From a virus: 64,000 nucleotides of DNA. The notes beneath the pieces are model-generated. The model made no database searches. It was not told the DNA's origin and saw only the letters and a program-made list of their open reading frames with translations. Shown one piece after another: positions 59,914 to 64,000 of the stretch. The stretch's first letter is position 1; each line of letters starts with the position of its first letter. A program made the translations under genes and the position numbers. The stretch lies in IMG/VR virus record IMGVR_UViG_3300032267_001484; one strand, written 5' to 3'.

Positions 59914-60606
59914 TTATAAGTTAAAGCGTCCTTTTAGTGCGTTATAGTTTTGTAGTATTTCTGATGCTGATAGGGCACGATTATATACTTGAGCAACTGC
60001 ATTATACCCACTTGTAAAAAGGGAAGTACTTATACTTCCTATCCACCATCCATTTGTTGATGTTCTTAAACTTGTACCAGATGTTAATACTGTTCCGTCA
60101 AGAACTCCATTTACATAACATTGAATTGATGAGCCTGCTATCCAAACACCAGTAATATAATACCATGTATTAAGTGCTAATGTAATTGTACCTGTTGTTC
60201 CTAATCCAACAACTGATGGCACTGTAGGTACAACTGCAGCTTGAGCAATTCCACCAGTAGTGATACTTAATTGTAAGCTCCATCCACTACCGGCACCATC
60301 TCTACCCCTTCCTAAAATATATTTTACTTCAGAATAATTATCATTATTAAACCAAGCAGAAAAAGTATAACTATCTGCTGCTGAACCTGAATAAGGTGTA
60401 GATATCCAATCATCAGTTCCATCAGTAAATATACTTCCTCCATTGGCACTATTAAATGTAGGTCCATTAGTTAATGTTCCTATAATATTATTTCCACTCA
60501 AATCTCTCCAAGTAGTTCCACTACCCGGATAAGATTTAGTATTAGCTGCGTCTAAAGCTAAAACAAGTCCATTTGTAACTATATTTGGTCCTCTTTGAAA
60601 CGCCAT
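59914..60606 (-). CDS. LamG/ConA-like lectin-domain protein (paralogue 1)
   Basis: Same conserved termini as the other paralogues. Confidence 0.88.
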   Translation of the reverse strand: MAFQRGPNIVTNGLVLALDAANTKSYPGSGTTWRDLSGNNIIGTLTNGPTFNSANGGSIFTDGTDDWISTPYSGSAADSYTFSAWFNNDNYSEVKYILGRGRDGAGSGWSLQLSITTGGIAQAAVVPTVPSVVGLGTTGTITLALNTWYYITGVWIAGSSIQCYVNGVLDGTVLTSGTSLRTSTNGWWIGSISTSLFTSGYNAVAQVYNRALSASEILQNYNALKGRFNL

Positions 60607-60607
60607 A

Positions 60608-63600
60608 TTATAACATTCTTACTAGTGATCGAATAGTCCAAGCGTTATTTGATGCTGTCGCTTGTAATTGTATGTTACTTCCGCTAATTGCGGCTTGTAA
60701 AGTTACTCCAGCAGTTGATCCACCAACATCTCCTGTGTAGTTCTCATAGTATTCTGCGTAAGAAGCACTCCAAACAGAATAAATTGTTCCTGCTCTAGCG
60801 ATTGAGCCGCTAAACATTACGTAATCGAAGAAGGCAGCTCTATAAGAAGCAGTAGGTTCTGAAGAAATTACTCTCCATGATCCTGAAGTTACATTGGTGT
60901 TTTCTTGAAACTCTATATTAGTATTTCCTACATTTAAACTTCCACTTACATAGAAATTAGTAGCATATGAGGCGGTTGCTGCGTAAGAAGCACTAACAAC
61001 AGATCCAAGTAAGGTTTGAGCTGTTGTAGCGTATGAAGCTGTTACTGCGTTTTGAGCCCAACTTGCAGTGCCAAATAAAGAACCAGTAAACCCTAAAGTA
61101 GATGTTGTAGATCCAGTTATTACTAAACTACCAGTAATTAAAGCAGAACCAGTAAATGGAAAAGAAGCGCCTCCACCTCCTGTGGCGTTGATAGTAACAG
61201 ATCCTGTTCCACTTGTAGGAGATATAGTTACATTTGTACCTGCTATAATTTGAGTAACGCCACCATTTAAAGCATAAGATGCTGTTATTACATTAGTAGC
61301 CCAACTTGCAGTACCGAAGAGAGAACCTGTGAAGTTAGTTGCAGTTATAGAACCAGATATGGATTGAGAGCCAGAATTAGTTAATACTTCTTGCCAACCT
61401 GGAGTGGAACCAGAATTGTACATCCATAGACCTTCTGTTGCTGAGTCTATGTCGTATACTAGTAAACCTCTGGCAGGAGTTCCTATAGCAGTTCTTTGTG
61501 CTGCAGTCATCCTTGGAGCAAGGAAACCTTGATCAGTAGAATCAACTTGCAGCATTGAACTTGTGTGCATGTTAAGTGCATTAGCAGTAGCTGTAATTAA
61601 TGCTCTATTTGATAATAAACCTAATGATACGTTACCTCCAGAAGCTCCACCGGCTGCATATATTGAAGCACCTTGATTGTTATTATTACTAACACCTAAA
61701 CTACTATATGCTTTTATACCTACTGCTGATGTGACTTGTATACCAGTTGCACCATTATGGCCTGTATTTAATACTACCATTGTAGTACCACCAACAGTAT
61801 ACCTATCTACATAGAATGTACTATCTCCATTTAATATTCTACCATCATTTCTAGCTATAAGTGTTGATACTAAGTTACTATTTACTATATTTAATCCATT
61901 AGTACCACTAGTAGCTCCACTACCAGTAATAACCATATCACCCGCAAATCGACTAGATCCTGATACATCTAGTCTAAATGATGGTGATGCTGTACCTATA
62001 CCAACATTGCCAGAACCGCTTACATAAAATACACTTCCAGCAGTTGAGGAATTTATTAAAAATAAAGAATTATCAGAACCAGATACATGAAGTCTAGCAG
62101 AAATAGTCTGATCATTTCCCCCAATGCGTACTCCAGCTGATGTCATGTGCATATATTGGGTTGCACTAGAGTACGCTGTAAGCGTTATTCCTGAGTTATT
62201 TCTAATAATAAGCCTGTTTCCTGTTCCGTAGGTATCTATAAAAGAATCCGATCCTCCAGGAGTAAGAGACATATTTGTTGCTCCAGTATTATAAAACCCA
62301 GTTAGAGTTATTGTAGAGTTAGCACTTGAAGTCATTCCTATACTTCCTGTACCTAAAGAATTAGTTATTAATACTGTACCTTGATTTGATAAACTACCAG
62401 TTATACTTACTGAGCCAGTAAACTGATGTGTATTAGTTGATAAGGAGCCGAATCTTGTTGATCCAGTTACAAAATCAGTAGACGATGTAATAGTTTGAGC
62501 TACAATTGTTTGTGCTGTAAGGGTACCCCTAACTAAGAAGTTATCGGCACTAGATGCTGTTGCAGCAAATGATGCACTTATTGCATTAAGAATATAAGAT
62601 GATGTTAATGCATTTTGAGCCCAACTTGCAGTTCCAAACAATGATCCTGTAAAGTTAGTTGCATTTACGCTTCCACTAATACTGAGTGAGCCTGTTACAG
62701 TATGAGTATCAGTGATTGTATTACCTATAGTTACACCTGTGTTTGTAACTTGAAACTCAACTGAACTACCGGTGATGACTGTTAGTGAGCCTGTAATGGC
62801 TGTATTTCCTGATAGTTTTGTTGAGCCAGATACTTGTAGACGTTCACCAGAATCAGAAGTTGAGCCTATTGCAAGATTGCCTGTTGAGAATAAGCGCATC
62901 TTTGAATTTGCAGTAATAGCAAAATCTATTGTATTAAGATTCAGAGTATCTATTCCTGTTGGTGTTAATACTAAAATAGAATTACCACCTGTTGGACTTT
63001 GAATCCACATGCCACTATTGCTATATATATGCAAAGGTCTTTGTGGTGCATTAGTTCCAATACCTACATTACCAGATGAGGATACATATAATATGTTGGC
63101 TAATGTATTACTATCTATTTCAAATAGACCTCCAGTAGTTCCTGATACATGTAGTAAAGCTGTAGGAGATAAATGTCCTATTGCTACTCTATCACTTGCA
63201 ACTACAAAAGGATAACTAGTTGCAGTATTACCTAAAAGTACTGCGGAACTTCCTCTCATTCCTACATTTACTCCACTAAAACCAGCATAATATAATGCCC
63301 CAATATATTCTGCGTAACTATAAGCTAACTGCCCACCAACAGCACCATTCAATGTAAAATTTGTACCACTTCCTATTGTAAATGCAGATGTTCCAGACAC
63401 TCCAACACCAGCTGTAATAGTAGCACTGCCAGTAATAACCATATTACCAGCAAACTTACTAGAACCAGATACTTGAAGACGATCGCCTGAGTCTGTAAAA
63501 GTGCCTCCGTCTTGTATTAAAACATTACCATTTCTAAATATTCTTAACTTTTCAGATACAGTTGAAACATTTCGTGTAAAAAATCCTAATCCAACACTAT

Positions 63601-64000
63601 AAGATGATTGGTCAACAGTTGTTATAGACGCGCCACTCGCAGCATCTGATGCTCCAAAAAATCTCAATGAAGTTTCAACAGCAGTACCCGCAGCACCATT
63701 CGGTCTTACTATTATGTTTCCTGCTAATGTTATTACACCCAAATTACTTGGCGTATTAGTCCCTATCCCCAATCTCTTATTAGTATTATCCCAAAAGAAA
63801 TTAGTGTTATCTTCTGCAATATTATCTGTAGCTCCAGCAAACAATACACTTCCAGTAGATAAATAAGGAAGAGTTAAACTTCCAGTAATACTAACAGAGC
63901 CAGTAAACTGATGAGTATTACTTAATGAACTACCAAATCTAGTTGATCCAGTAACAAAATCAGTACTTGAGGTTATAGTTTGAGCTACAATTGTTTGAGC
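60608..64000 (-). CDS. mosaic fibre protein (5' end lies beyond the window)
   Basis: Frame is open to base 64000 (AQTIVAQTITSSTDFVTGSTRFG...); GFLAPRMTAAQRTAI..PARGLLVYD module. Confidence 0.82.
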   Translation of the reverse strand, partial: AQTIVAQTITSSTDFVTGSTRFGSSLSNTHQFTGSVSITGSLTLPYLSTGSVLFAGATDNIAEDNTNFFWDNTNKRLGIGTNTPSNLGVITLAGNIIVRPNGAAGTAVETSLRFFGASDAASGASITTVDQSSYSVGLGFFTRNVSTVSEKLRIFRNGNVLIQDGGTFTDSGDRLQVSGSSKFAGNMVITGSATITAGVGVSGTSAFTIGSGTNFTLNGAVGGQLAYSYAEYIGALYYAGFSGVNVGMRGSSAVLLGNTATSYPFVVASDRVAIGHLSPTALLHVSGTTGGLFEIDSNTLANILYVSSSGNVGIGTNAPQRPLHIYSNSGMWIQSPTGGNSILVLTPTGIDTLNLNTIDFAITANSKMRLFSTGNLAIGSTSDSGERLQVSGSTKLSGNTAITGSLTVITGSSVEFQVTNTGVTIGNTITDTHTVTGSLSISGSVNATNFTGSLFGTASWAQNALTSSYILNAISASFAATASSADNFLVRGTLTAQTIVAQTITSSTDFVTGSTRFGSLSTNTHQFTGSVSITGSLSNQGTVLITNSLGTGSIGMTSSANSTITLTGFYNTGATNMSLTPGGSDSFIDTYGTGNRLIIRNNSGITLTAYSSATQYMHMTSAGVRIGGNDQTISARLHVSGSDNSLFLINSSTAGSVFYVSGSGNVGIGTASPSFRLDVSGSSRFAGDMVITGSGATSGTNGLNIVNSNLVSTLIARNDGRILNGDSTFYVDRYTVGGTTMVVLNTGHNGATGIQVTSAVGIKAYSSLGVSNNNNQGASIYAAGGASGGNVSLGLLSNRALITATANALNMHTSSMLQVDSTDQGFLAPRMTAAQRTAIGTPARGLLVYDIDSATEGLWMYNSGSTPGWQEVLTNSGSQSISGSITATNFTGSLFGTASWATNVITASYALNGGVTQIIAGTNVTISPTSGTGSVTINATGGGGASFPFTGSALITGSLVITGSTTSTLGFTGSLFGTASWAQNAVTASYATTAQTLLGSVVSASYAATASYATNFYVSGSLNVGNTNIEFQENTNVTSGSWRVISSEPTASYRAAFFDYVMFSGSIARAGTIYSVWSASYAEYYENYTGDVGGSTAGVTLQAAISGSNIQLQATASNNAWTIRSLVRML
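62826..63066 (-). repeat. 241-bp near-identical repeat, copy 2
   Basis: Matches 56952-57192. Confidence 0.9.

Noticed and set aside
56952-63066. 241-bp repeat pair as a DGR template/variable repeat
   Set aside because: Differences are mostly synonymous and not adenine-specific, both copies are internal to coding genes, and no reverse transcriptase is in the window
37177-64000. CRISPR array or non-coding tandem repeats in the repetitive region
   Set aside because: The repeats are in-frame protein modules with wobble variation, not repeat-spacer units

Overview
A 64-kb segment of a large, AT-rich myovirus (contractile-tail phage). The host is probably Bacteroidota: most leaders are A-rich with no Shine-Dalgarno, and there are TTTG-N19/20-TAnnTTT(A)-like promoters. 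All credible genes lie on the minus strand in the standard genetic code. In transcription order (right to left): (1) 64-34.8 kb: at least six large Ser/Thr/Gly-rich mosaic fibre genes interleaved with seven LamG-like lectin paralogues, an AbfB-like lectin, small acidic partner proteins and a glycosyltransferase. (2) 34.8-20.8 kb: tail sheath, tube, chaperone with a probable programmed frameshift, tape measure, baseplate proteins and an M15 peptidase hub. (3) 20.8-9.9 kb: a compact PolA-like protein with altered catalytic motifs, GH108-like lysozyme, gp32-like SSB, RecA, 5'-3' exonuclease, DnaB helicase and class II RNR. (4) 9.4-3.6 kb: a 7-deazaguanine DNA-modification cluster (queD, dpdA-like, queC, queE, folE, PRTase). 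(5) dUTPase-like gene, PolB and a partial membrane protein gene. There are three intact free-standing homing endonucleases and one remnant. Non-coding highlights: a recurring ATATTTAT promoter-like motif; start-codon-sequestering hairpins on the endonucleases; a helicase that apparently starts at ATC behind the only strong SD noticed, with its 5' end mirrored upstream of the neighbouring endonuclease; a covarying GGAA-NN-UGAA leader hairpin on two fibre genes; and a pseudoknot in front of queC. All calls come from reading motifs by eye; no database searches were run.
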